NCBI RefSeq assembly: GCF_021869535.1
Contig: NW_026262668.1
Coordinates: 97,278,001-97,342,000, forward strand
Origin: Mytilus californianus
Lineage: Eukaryota
Reading direction: 5' to 3'
DNA length: 64,000 nucleotides
The position numbers and the translations under genes were made by a program. The notes under the pieces were generated by a model, which worked only from the letters and a program-made list of their open reading frames with translations, did not search any database and was not told the origin of the DNA. Shown one piece after another: positions 39,443-53,200 of the stretch (position 1 is the stretch's first letter; each line of letters starts with the position of its first letter).

Positions 39443-39959
39443 ATGGGTTACACAGTTGGTTTAAGCAGAAAACTTCAAGGAAGAAGTCAAGACATCATAT
39501 CTGCATATATGAGTGTCCAATCAGTATTGTCTCTTCTGATCGAGGTTAGAGAAAATGTTGATTGCAAGTTCTTGCTTGATATGAAGAAGCTGTCGTCATG
39601 GGAAAGGAGCATGATATCGAGCCTTCTGTACCCAGAACATGCGGTAGGCAACGAAACTGCTGTAATGTTCCTGGAGAAACACCTGATGTTTACTTTCGAC
39701 GTGCACTCTGTATTCCGTATATTGATGAACTGATCTCCAGCATTAATGATAGACTTTCTTCTCTTTCTTAAACCGCGGTCATGGCTCTTGTTTTAACTCT
39801 GGAGATGACAATCTTTTACGTGCAACAATGGGCCAGGATCAACTAAATGGACTTGCACTGATGCACGTGCATTACAATTTAGATTTAGAACTTTATGTGA
39901 TCTTTGACATGTTTGCACGCAGGCATCAAAGAAAAATGAAATTAGAATCAATTTTATAA
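39443..39959 (+). pseudogene. hAT transposase C-terminal relic
   Basis: Frameshifted pieces: GLSRKLQGRSQDI, EPSVPRTCGRQR...YFRRALCIPYIDELISSINDRL, and the dimerisation-domain tail MGQDQLNGLALMHVH...DMFARRHQRKM. Confidence 0.82.
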
Positions 39960-40229
39960 ATCATGTGTAACTTGTGTATTCTATAGTTGTAACTATTTTC
40001 ATGATATCAATAAAAAAAATTGAATTTTAATTTAAGATTTCAAAAGGTGACCACCACCTGACACTATGCTGTTGCCAATTGACCCCCCTCCCCTAAAAAA
40101 AAAAAAAAAATGACCTCCCTTTTTTTTTGCTTTTGTGCAATACACTATGCTGTTGCGAATTGCCACCCTCCCCTCCAAAAATTTTTTTTTTACCCCCCCC
40201 CCCCCTCCCTTTTTTTGGCAAATAAAAAA

Positions 40230-40595
40230 TAAAATATTTGAAGAAATTTCTTTTTAATTTCTGAAATATGAAATGAGAAAAAATGGTCCCCCATCACAAT
40301 TTCTTTTTTACCCCCCCCCCCCCGCCAATTTTTTTTTCACCTCCATCCCCCGCCGTTTTTCCAAAAAAAAATTCTTATTTGGGCCACTTTTTGGCCCCTA
40401 ATTCCTAAACTGTTAGGACTATAACCCCCAAAATCAATCCCAATCTTCCTTTTGTGGTTATAAACCTTGTGTTTAAATTTCATAGATTTCTATTTACATT
40501 TACTGAAGTTATTGTCTGGAAACCAAATGTCTTCTGACGAGGACGAGGACGTGATACCAATATACAACCGCAAAATTTTTTTTGGTCGTATAAAG
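40230..40595 (+). mobile_element. Short HINE copy of the 43763-45084 family with a single core unit
   Basis: Same spacer, one 162-bp-type unit, a GACGAG tract and the TATACAACCGC..GGTCGTATA palindrome. Confidence 0.7.
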
Positions 40596-40880
40596 ATACA
40601 AGCCGTGGAATATCGTATCAACTAGGAGATATATAATCCGTATGCAGGTGCTGCTGGAATGTTGCTACATAGAAATGGAAAGTTCACAACTGGGAAGCTG
40701 AAATCATCTCTTTTGTTGTACAGTTTTGTTTTCAACCAACCATCATTGTTAATTTCTAGACGTAAGTCAAGATATGAGGCAGACTTAACTGTATCTGTTG
40801 TATCTTTTATCTCAAGTTCGATGGGATAGATGTGTTCTAGTGAGAGAACATCATCTATATAGCGGAAAGTAAAAGTTAAA
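40596..40880 (-). mobile_element. Penelope-like element RT fragment (pseudogenised)
   Basis: SFNFTFRYIDDVLSL/EHIYPIELEIKDTTD...SYLDL...KRDDFSFPVVNFPFLCSNIPAAPAYG, with an internal deletion and a stop. Confidence 0.85.
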
Positions 40881-41204
40881 AGAAACTGCTAATAAAAGTT
40901 GTGAATATTTTAAACAGAAACAATGAACAATATCTGCCATCAACAAGAATGCTTTTAAAAATTAAAAGTATCTCTCTATAAAAATTTATTAATACAACAA
41001 TGTATGACTTCTATAAAAATTTATTAATACATTAAATGTACGACAAAAATCTTCCAATAAATAACACCAATAGAACTGACCTCAGCATTTAAATCAACCC
41101 TTCAGCATCAGTACATAAGAATATCTTTGGTTTCCTATATTTCTTGATTACAGTAAAATAAATTCCTTTTTGTTACTACACTGATTATTTTACTTCATTA
41201 AATA

Positions 41205-41282
41205 TTATTGTTCTTGTGTATTTTGTTCTTTCTTCTTCTTGACTAGATCAGCTAAATACTTAAACCTGACTATACAATCCTC
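41205..41282 (-). CDS. DNAJC1: DNAJC1 exon 10 ([25 protein letters not shown])
   Basis: Acceptor aattacag, completes SANT2, ends in TAA. AATAAA on the minus strand near 40985-41025. Confidence 0.93.
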   Translation of the reverse strand, partial: EDCIVRFKYLADLVKKKKEQNTQEQ

Positions 41283-44200
41283 CTGTAATTATAAAAAATC
41301 CAAATATATCTGGCTATTCAATCATGACACTTCAGAAAATAAAATAATATTATTTATCATACTTTTACTTATGACAAAGCATTAGTTTATATATAGATAA
41401 TAACACCTTATATGAGAAAGCCAGATTTTGATTGGTTGATAGCCAGTGTATTTTTCGCATATTCTAATATTTTTTCCTCATTTCAAACGAATTTGCCTCA
41501 AATACCATGGTACTTGCCATTTTGGATATTCCTTTTTTACCCTCTCGAGCATTTTCCCGCCAAAATTTTTCGGATATGACGTTACATAAAAAAGCGAGCT
41601 TGCGCGTACTAGTACATGTATAATTCCCGCGGTTCTATGATAATATCCTCTTATCCTCAAAATTATGAATAAACATGTTAATGAATTAGTTTCAATCCGA
41701 GGGATTATATTGGTTGAGGGTTGATACTGTGTGTGATATTGAAAAAGCCATATCATATACACTTTATTATATACATATACCTCACGTAGATGTTTTTTTA
41801 TGTGACATGATGTCATACAGGTAAGGAGGTTTGAAATGACGTCATACAGATTATGGGTTTGATAAAGCCTTTGCAACAGTGACTGTAATCGATGACGTGA
41901 CGTCATACAGATTAAAGGTGTGATAAAGCCTTTGCAACCGTGCTGATATCAATATCATCACGGGTGGCTGATACAGCACGCTTGCCAATGATTGTATTAC
42001 ACATATACAATTTATCTGTATTTACTACTAAGTATATAATAAAATTAATTATCATGATGTAAATATAAGTAATAATAAATAATTCCTGAAATCATTCAGA
42101 ATATCATTCATAAAAAGATTTAAAGAATAATAATATTACCTTAGATTTTCCTGGGATATGCTGTGCTATTTTGTCCCATCTTTGGTCTGTACCTTTGGGA
42201 TGTTGTCTTAATGCCCATTCTAATATCGTTTGTAGATTTTTATTCCATCCATCTGAATCATCAGTCAATTTTGAAGCACTCCCTGACTTAGATAGATTTG
42301 ATGATACATCAGTTCCATTAGGCAATGAGCTAATCTTACCACTAACATTATTTGTGATTTTTTGTTTTGAGCTACTACAATCTGTATGTTCTGAGAATTT
42401 CCCTCCTTGTTCACTATCATTTTTGACTGGCTGAGTATGACCAATCAACAATGTTTTATCAGCAGTCTTTTGTGGTTTATTCTTCCTTCGTCTAACCTGA
42501 CTATCACCTATATCACCTTTACCATTAGCAGTAGGTAATTCTTCATTTTGAGATATCATTTCATCTGTAATTGTTTGAGATTTCTTTGGCTGTTTCATTA
42601 TTCCACCTGAAATATCATAACTTCATACATTGTAAAGCAATCACATTAGTACAGACATTTAAAACACTAAGATACCTGATTTAATATGTTCAAAAGATTT
42701 GATGCAAATACAACAGTGTACCAATAAATTTCTGAATTTTCAGTATCTTAAGATTTGACAATAATTTTAAAATAGATCAAGATCGACTGCTTAGCTGTGC
42801 TATATAAAATCTCCATTGTTTGTAAAGATTTCAATTGGACAAATGTCCAGCCCTGATTTGATGCTAATGCTATAAATAAGTTCATGATGGTGACATTTTC
42901 TTCTTCTAATTTTCAATACATATGAATATATGTTTAGAAAAAAAGAAATTAGATGCTAACCTTGTAAACTGGCATTTGCTGTAATGTTATAAGATCCTTT
43001 CAATGTTTTGGCCTTTGCTGTCACCTAGAAATATTATAATAATATTATCAATAGAGTTCAAATAATTTTGAAAATAATTATTTTATTTTACAAGTACCTA
43101 CGTCAGATATTCTGAAAATGTTCACATCAAATACACATTTATAAATAGGTTAAATTACTATACACTGTATAAATCTTTAAAAAAATAATTATAGGATTTT
43201 CTTATTCCTCAAAAAGAAATAGTCCACACCCATAAAACCCTAAAAAGGGGCCTCGGTGGCCGAGTGGTCTAAGTAGTTACTACTGTAATCACTAGCCAGT
43301 CAACACTGAGGTTGTGAGTTCGAACCCCGCTCGTGCGGGTGCACTCGACTCCAATCTTAATTGACTAGGATTGTCAGTTTTTCTATCGAAGCTCGGTGGT
43401 TTTCTCCAGGCGCTACGGCTTCCTCCACCAATAAAAACTGGCCGAAATAGCCCAAAAGCTGTGCTCAAAAGTGGCGTTAAAACACAAAAAATCAAATAAA
43501 ACCCTAAAACAATGCAAATTAACATTTACATCAAAGTTGCAGAAAATACATAAAATACTGCCACTGACTGATCAATCAATAAATTATTTAATCAATTATA
43601 CCAAATAGTTTGCAAAATACAAAAATTCATTTACTTAAAATTAAGTCACCTGTACAAATGGAAAAGGTTTAAGAGACTATTTGTAATAAAAGAACAGAGT
43701 TCCAATTTCCCCTGCATTGCATATATTTTATCTGTCCAAGGTACAATGGCAATAATTAAAAAATAAAATGCTCCGCTGGGGCGCAGCTTGATACGACCGC
43801 AGAGGTCGAACCCTGAACAGTTGGGGCAAGTATGGACACAACATTCAAGCTTGATACAGCACTGAATTTGGATTGTAATTAAATATTTGACACAGCATAG
43901 GTTTCTGACACAGAATGAAAGTGGTCTAAGAACTTTAAATTTTTTATTTTACCTATTCAAACCATATCATTATTATTTACTTTTATATATAAATCAGAAA
44001 TAACCAATTTAAAATGGAAAATTTTAAAGAAAAAAAAAGGAAAAAAAAATCCCCCCCAAATTTTTTGAACCCCCTTATGATTCATCACCCCAAACTCAAT
44101 CCCAGCCTTCCCTTTGTGGTATGGTACCTTGCAGTACAATTTCAGAGAGATCCATACACTTGAACACAAGTTATTGTATGGAAACTAGAAAAATGCTTGT

Positions 44201-47200
44201 TTTTTGGCCCCTTTTTGGCCCCAAATTCCTAAACGTTTAGGGCAATTACCCCCAAACTCAAACCCAGCTTTCCCTTTGTGATATGGAACCTTGCAGTACA
44301 ATTTCATAAAGATCCATACACTTACACACAAGTTATTGTCCTGAAACTAGATAAACTTGTTTTTTTGCCCTTTAATGGCCCCTAATTACTAAAATTTTGA
44401 GGGAATTACCCCCAAAATCAATCCCAGCCTTCCCTTTGTGGTATGGTACCTTGCAGTACAGTTTCAGAGAGATCCATACACTTGAACACAAGTTATTGTC
44501 TGGAAACTAGAAAAATGCTTGTTTTTTACCCCTTTTCGGCCCCTAATTCCTAAAATTTGGAGGCAATTACCTCCAAAATCAAACCCAGCATTCCCTTTGT
44601 GATATGGAACCTTGTAGTAAAATTTCATAAAGATCCATACACTTACACACAAGTTACTGTCATGAAACTAGAAAAATGCTTGTTTTTTGCCCCTTTTTGG
44701 CCCCTAATTCCTAAAATTTGGAGGCAATTACCCCCAAAATCAATCCCAGCATTCCCTTTGTGATATGGAACCTTGTGGTACAATGTCAGAGGTACAATGT
44801 CAGAGAGATCCATACACTTACACACAAGTTATGTCTGGAAGTTACAAAAATGCTTATTTTTGGCCCCTTTTTGGCCCCTAATTCCTTAACTGTTGGTACC
44901 ATAACCCCCAAAATCAATCCCCACCTTCCTTTTGTGGTATTGAACCTTATGGTAAAATTTCATAGAGATCCATTCACTTTAACTAAAGTTAGAGTGCGAA
45001 AACCAATGTGTCTTCGGACGACGACGACAACGCCAACGTCATACCAATATACGACCGCAAAAAAATTTTGCGGTTGTATAAAAACAGCCATTTAATAATC
45101 ATAAACAATTTGACCAAATATCCTATCATATATGTGTATGATGGATATCATTCAAAAGACCACTAGAAAGTTCAAGTCTAGAAAGGGCGAAAATTATTGA
45201 TAAAAGATATATTACCTCTGCAACAGGTCTTTCCATCATAACAGCAATCTTTTCCCATCTCCCAGGTGTGCCTCCAGGAAACTTACTTACAGCCTTAGCT
45301 AACATAGCTAACTCTTCTTGACTCCATTCTCCCTATAATAACAAAAATTCTATTTAAAAGTCAACATTTAGCAAAACTAGTCATAGATGATGCCCCTGCT
45401 GTATGCATGAATATAGTGCACCAAAAACAGTGATGTTGAAGTAGAAATTGAAATGGTTGTGTCTGAGAGTGAGACACATTTGATGCTCCAGCTATACTTA
45501 TGATTAATTCCATTATGTAGGACAATATTTTGTTGTTCCTTTCAAACTTCATACTTAAGTTTTGCAAAGTAACATTAGCTATAAAATGTAATAGTTAATA
45601 ATGCAAAAATGTACATGGTAAGTGCAATATGCAGTAAACAACTATTCCTGGAGAATGTGGGACAAATGTGAAAACACTAACTGAAAATTGAAAAGTCATC
45701 ATAAATGCATTTTAACTTCATTATGTAATAATTATTACAATATAATGTAAAGTTGTAAACTACTGATAATATGCACACCTTTAGTTTATGTACAATCCAC
45801 TTAATATAAAAGTTCTAGCCATGTACCATGTAACATAATTTCACAAACAAATGGCAAAATCAAAACTCCCTATAATTTGCACACCTTTATTATATGATTA
45901 AGACCCAGCATAATATAAAGTTTCTAGCATGAAAACTGTCGCAGGAGTTGGCCAGACAAACTATGTAATGAATTGAATGCAAAGTTTCACCATAAATTAA
46001 AAAATTCAACATCTTGTCATTTGTGGAAAATTAAAGTAAATTAAAATCCAGTTGATATTGTTTCAATCCTTGGTTTTGTCCTTCAAAGAATTTGATGTTG
46101 AAAGGAGATCTTTTGTAATGTAGTTTTGATTCATTCACAGCTTGTCTAAACTAGGAAAAATTCATAGCTTAACATATTTTACTTGTATATTATTGAATAC
46201 CAAGTGTTGCACTTCAATATGTTTTTTTCTAGTTTTATTGTGTTGTTTTGTTGCAGTCTCATTGACAAATATTCCTAATCTTCTTCTATTGATATGAAAA
46301 ATAAATAGGTATAAATTCCTAGTTAACTAATTGTCCTTAACAGACAATAATTTATCAGCCAATAAGTATTTAGGACATACAACTCAGGGCTCACACTACT
46401 TCAGAATCATAGGGAGAAGTGACTTCTCTTTTTGAAACTGAGAGGGAGAAGTGATGAGATTTGAGAGAGAAGTGCTCGTTCGCTCGTGGCGCTACAATGT
46501 TTGGTTTTACTATAATACAAAGGGCCTTATGTATTTTATTTTTTTATACTGCTCAATTTGTACCTGGGAGTGCAATAAAAGTAACAGTTCAAATTCAAAG
46601 TTGTTTAATTTTATCATATCTAGTTGCACAATCATATTAGTCCTCTTGTCAGAAAAAAAAAATATCTAGCAGTAATAAAAAAGATTTTTTTTTATATCAA
46701 AAAGGAAAAGAAAGTTGTTATTTCAATTTAAAATATACTCTGTTATGTTTGTGAAATTCAGTGGTTAAAATTCTCATTTAAAAGATATATAAATTTAACA
46801 CAGTTAAGCTTGGACATAGTACAATGTAGTATAGTAGTCCCAGAGTTGAGCAATTTTAATTAATAAATTGAAACAATTCATATACATGGAAATATATACA
46901 TTAATCAAGTAGATCTAACCAAAAGTATGTTAATGCGCGTGGAATGTGTAATTTTTCTATTTGGGATCAATATTCCTCTGTCAGCTGTGCCATTCATTCT
47001 TCAGTAGTCTTCTTCTTCTTCTTAGTATCAGCCTCCTTTAATTAGGAGCACCTCCAAATATGTATGGAGTTTTGCCTTAACTTTAGTAGTCATTATCGTA
47101 TGAATCCGGATTTCGGTCATAGCTGGTCCGGTTCTGATCAGTAGTTTAGTACAAATATTTCAATGGCGGACGAAGAAGAAAAATTTACAAATATAAACGA

Positions 47201-50200
47201 TGTTTGACACGCTATTTGGAAAGGAATATGACGTTTTTAATGCAATACATGGATAACAAATTTACTTCAGGCAAATTTCATCACGTTCTAATGAAGTAAT
47301 GAACTTATTTTGTCGAAAATTAGAATGATTTGATGTACGCTCTCTAACAAGTACCGGAAGTGATAAAAAATTGTTTTTTTGAAATAACATGCAACCAACT
47401 TCAAAATCAATGCTTTAACCTCTTTTCTGAAGAAAATAAATCGTTGATGTCTGAATTTCTTTACTTTTTACTGAAAAATTGCTGTTTCATCGACGGGAAA
47501 AATTGAATATTGCTGATGATTAAAGCGACTGAAAGCGAGTATCGTAAACCACAGGGCGATAGTTTTCGCTTGTGAGGGTCTGGGAAAGCGACATCTTCGC
47601 CCTAGTCGCCTGGTAGCATGAGCCCTGACAACTGTAATCTTATTTGTAATGCCCCGTAGAGATTTAACAGTCACATGACAAAGAATAAGTCCAAAAATAA
47701 CTCATAAAAATATGTTTGAATTTATGGTGTTGGAAGAAAAACAGAAAATTCTTGTTAGGATGACATAGTAATGATTCCTTTTACTCCATTTATTGCAAAG
47801 TGATCATTGCGTTTAGTGTAAAAGATCTTATTCATGCAGCTTTCCCTTGTACTTACATTTTTATGCAAATCTGCAATTACCTGTACATTGATTTTGTTTT
47901 GTTCATACTTTTAATACATTTGTTAAGTTATAGTATTGTAAAGTCTTGTATCACTGTGTATACTATTAACCCCCTCTCCTATTATTTTCCTGAGAGAAGA
48001 TGTAAACTAATCTTGGAAACAATATATAGATAGTAAGATTAATAAATCGCTTCCATGGCTCCAATTAACATCCTGCATTATATTGCTCAGATTGAAAGTC
48101 ATAAACTTAAATGAAAGACAAGTGAAGAGATAAAAATGCAATATTAAAAAAGTAAAACTGTTACGGGTCTTATTTAAACACTTTTATAAGAACTATTCTC
48201 AAAAAAAACGTTGACTTACTGCCATTTGATAGTCAGAAAAAATCCTGAATGGTGAAGCTGAGGTCATTTCTAATGTAAAATGAACTTGAAAGTTCTTGTT
48301 TTATATTTCTTTTAAAACTGTTTTTGAATGATCTGTATTAATCTAACTTTACAGTATCGTTACCTTTTTCTCAACAACCTGTAAATTCTGATCATCATCT
48401 TCATATCCAATAGGTGTATATACAACTGGACCGTCAGTAGTCTGTGGGTTGTACTCTGGAAACTCTGGCTTCACTTTTCTTTTCACCTTCTTCACAATAT
48501 CTAAATTTGTATATCAAAATACAAAGAATTAAATAGTGAACAGAAGTAACTGTAGAGGAATATATGTTTTGTTTCCTGTTATTTAGTACACAACTGCAAA
48601 TATTGATACTATTAAGGTTTTCTGTAGTCCCTTAAAGAACTGTCACATTCTAAATAACAACTGCAGACAGCACAGATGCCAAAAATCTAAAACGATAAGG
48701 TCTAGCTTTTATTTGTAAAATTATCCATTAACCATAAAAAATTCCCTTCTATTTATTATCGTGGTGTTTATTTGCATTATCTTAGATATGAAATTCTAAC
48801 CATCAGTCTCCTCTTCTTCTTCTTCTTCTTGTTCTTCTATCTTCTTTAATTCTTGTCTCCATTTTATATACTCTACTAGCTGTTTTATTAGGGTAGGGGA
48901 AATTCTTACAAGGTTGATAATTGCTAAAGTAAGTCTAACTGGCCATAGCTTTGACATTGTTGGTCTTGGAACTAACTGAAGGGCTATTTCCATCTCCTCT
49001 TCTATCTGATCTTCAAGTTTCCCTCTAATTTTCCTATTCTTTGATTCCATTTTCTTAAGTCTATCAGTGAAGTTTTCAGACTACAACAGTAAATAAAAAG
49101 ATTTCAACTAAAAAGTAACATATTTACCATGTACATACCTTCAATTATATAGCTAGATAAAGAAGTCTTATAAGTTTTTAAACTATCCAAAATCCAATTA
49201 AACAAAAATACTAATCCGTCATAAGAAAATATACAATCTTGCACCTTCTTGTTAGGGTTCAACTTTTTAGCACATCAATGTATTGCTACCCAACAACAGG
49301 TGAGAGAACCTATGTTGTAATGTATATTTACAGACAAATTACAGATAGATGTGTACATTAGGATTGTGTATAAAATGTTAGTGATGTTGATGCAAATTTA
49401 TATTCATTTGTGTAGATTTTGTGTTTCTGTACAATTTTTTTCTCACTAATTTAATTATCCTGTAAAAGCTGAGGCATATGGTTTTGTCAGCACTAAATTT
49501 CAGAAAGTCGGAGGTCCAATGTCAACAAGGACAGTGTACATTATGGCACATCCCTACACATTCAACATTAGTCTAAAGGTCAAGTGATGAATTATTGCTA
49601 TGCATGATTTCCAAATGATAAAATTGAGAATGGAAATGGGGAATGTGTCAAAGAGACAACAACCCGACCAAACAGCAGAAAATAGCTGAAGGCCACCAAT
49701 GGGTCTTCAATACAGCCAGAAAATCCTGCACCCGGAGGCGGGCTTTAGCTGGCCCCTAAACAAAAATGTGTACCAGTTCAATGAAAATGGATGTCACACT
49801 AAACTCCAAAACATATAAATGAACTAAAATTTAAAAAAAATACAAAACTAACAAAGGCCAGAGGCTCCTAACTTGGGACAGGTGCAAAAATGTGGCAGGG
49901 TTAAACATGTTTTGTGAGATCTCCCCCCTCCCCCTATACCTCTAGCCAATGTAGAATAAACAAACACACAGTAAAACGCACAGTAAAACTCAGTTTAAAA
50001 GAAGTCTGAGTTCGATGTCAGAATAGGTAACAAAAGAAACTAAGCAAAATGACAATGATACATTAAATTAACAAAGGACTACAAGCAGTTACTGACATGC
50101 CAGCTCCAGACCTCAATTAAACTGATTGAAAGATTATGTCTTCATCATATAAAAATCAAGCACAATCCCTCCCGTTAAGTGTCTAGTATCATACCGTCAT

Positions 50201-53200
50201 AAAATATATGAGAAGAACATAACCCGTATCATGCCAACAACTGGTTTTAGAATAAATGTGTTTATTTCCGATGCAAAGACCCTATGAGTGAATCAATATT
50301 ACCGGTAATACCAAAATATGCCATCTTTAATGACCTGACAACAGTATCGTAACTATATCCCTTCTGAATAAGTCTATTTAAAGGTTTGGTTAGCTTTTGA
50401 GGTGAATGTCGACATTTTTGTGCTTTGAATAGGATATTACCATAAAAGATTGGATGTGAAATACCTGAATGTATAATGTGTCTGCATGTTGATTTACCGG
50501 TATATTTACGAATGATGTCCTTGTACCAATGATAAAATTTAGTAAATGTTTTGACTAGTTTGTGATATCGAAAACCCTGGTATAATAATTTTTCAGTAAT
50601 ACAGAGGTTTCTTTCGTTAAAATCAAATACGTTGTTACATACACAAGCGAATCGAACAAGTTGAGATATATAAACACCATAAGATGTCTATTGATAAGTC
50701 ATATTAACAGTTAAAACACTGTGAAAAGGATAAGCTCATTATAAGAAACATTGTTCATGTCTTTTTATATATCAGATACTTTTATTGCAGAATCTTAATG
50801 GATAGTAAATTCTTGTGTTTTAGTTGCTAACATTTAGAACAGCATTTTGCTTATAAAATTGTTGTAATTATATTCATGTTTTTTCTATTTTACTTGTGAT
50901 AGATAAACAAACTGGGCAGTGATTACTTGAGTTAGCTTCAACAATACCAAACAAATGCAAGTTAACTTTTAATCACAAATTGCATTTGTTTGGTATTGTT
51001 GAAGCTAACTCAAGTAATCACTGCCCAGTTTGTTTATCTGTTACACTCAAAAACAATTTATTAAGAGTACTCCTTACCACTGTAAATTTTCTTTCTGCAT
51101 ATGAAGCCCATAAAACAATGTAATGACCAAGAGTAAGAATACTAAACAATAATCCCAGTAACTCAAACATTCCCATTTTACGAGCTCGTCTGTAGTAATA
51201 TATAGGTTGTCTCCAATCTGGTAACCCATTTTCAAGAACAAGATGATACCTAAAACAAACCAAAACATATAATATATGAATCAACTGAAGAGAAAATCTT
51301 ATGTTTATTTATTAACAATAATTCTACACTTGAATCTTTTATGGACAAAAAACACTAAATACAAGAAAAGACAACTACTGATAAGGTTCTTGACCTGAAC
51401 ATCATTTTTTACAAATCCATCCATTTTTTGTTTGAAATTTGAAATTTGACACATATATATGTTATCAAACTGAAAATTATGAAAACCTTTCCATACATCT
51501 ATAATTGTTGCAAAAATTTTGGCATTTTTGTTAAAAAAAAATGGGGAATGTGTCCATGGGACACAGATGATGCCCCCGCTTGCATATCATATGAAGTTGT
51601 AAAGGGACATAACTGAAGAACAATCAAAGTGATGCTACCTAAATTTGATCTGAGTTTGTGGTAATGTGAAGTATTGAGTATGAGTTTCATGACATTTGGT
51701 TGAGGCAAACTTAAGTTAAAGAACGGAATTCCATTTGTAAAGGGGCATAACTCTAGAACAGTAAAATTGACACCACCAAAATTCAAACTTTATCTGTATT
51801 TTGTGGTAATAATCATTATGTATAAGTTTCATATTATTTGGTTGAGGCAAACTAAAGTTAGAGAAAGGAAACTAAAAATTCAGCAGTTTTTCCATTTGTA
51901 AAGGGGCATAACTGTAGAACGGTTTAAGTGATGCCACCAAAATTCAAACTTGATCTGTATATTGTAGTAATAATCATTCTGTATATGTTTCATAGCATTT
52001 GGTTGAGGCAAACTAAAGTTAGAGAAAGGAAATGAAAAATTCAGCAATTTTCCATTTGTAATGGGGCTTAACTCTAGAACAGTTTAAGTGACGCAACAAA
52101 AAATTCAAACTTGATCTGTATTTTGTGGTTATAATCATTGTGTATAAGTTTCATAACATTTGGTTGAGGCAAACTAAAGTTAGAGAACAGAAACAAAAAA
52201 TTCAGCAGTTTTCCCATTTGTAAAGGGGCATAACTCTAGAACGGTTTAAGTGACGCCATAAAATTAGAAGTTGATCTGTGTTTTGTGGTATTAAGCATTT
52301 TGTATTAGTGTCATAACATTTGGTTGGGGCAAACTACACAATGTAAAGTTACAGAAAGCAAACAAAAAATTCAGCAATTTTTCCATTTGTAATGGGCATA
52401 ACTCTAGAACGGTTTAAGTGACACCACCAAAATTCAAACTTGATCTGTGTTTTGTGGTAATAATTATTGTGTATAAGTTTCATAACATTTGGTTAAGGCA
52501 AACTAAAGTTAGAGAACAGAAACAAAAAATTCAGCAGTTTTCCCATTTGTAAAGGGGCATAACTCTAGAACAGTTTAAGTGACATCATCAAAATTCGAAC
52601 TTGATCTGTGTTTTTTAGTAATAAGCATTTTGTATTAGTGTCATAACATTTGGTTGAGACAAATTAAAGTTAGAGAAAGCAAACATAAATTCAATATTTT
52701 TCCATTTGTAAAGGGCATAACTCTAGAACGGTTTAAGTGATGCCACCAAAATTCGAACTTAATCTGTGTTTTGTTGTAATAAGCATTTTGTATGAGTTTC
52801 ATTACATTTGGTTGAGGCAAACTAAAGTTTGAGGAAGGAAACCAACTTTGGGACGTACGTACATACACACGGACGGATAAGGGTAAAACTTAACGCCCCC
52901 TCTGCTTCAGCGGGGGCATAAAAATCCTTCCATTACCTAATTGTATTATGCTTCTATTTTATTTATTTTCAAACACCATCTGGTATGGAGTATAGTTATT
53001 TAATCATTTATTTTTAATGTAATATATCTTAAAAATTACTGTATAATTAATACTATATATATGTGTATATGCTCGGAAACGGGCCCTTTAATTGGATTCA
53101 ATAAATATTCTTATTCTTCTTATTCTACAATTTATCAGTATGTTCCAACATTCAAATAGAAATCAAAACCATTAATTCAACATTTCATTTTTATTTTCAG

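Noticed and set aside
41478-41906. 142-aa minus-strand ORF
   Set aside because: Lies in a non-autonomous repeat with tandem GACGTCATACAG motifs and has no protein features.
44090-44990. CRISPR-like appearance of the regular arrays (also 316-870 and 51600-52850)
   Set aside because: Units are 125-180 bp, homologous along their whole length, with no unique spacers and no cas genes.
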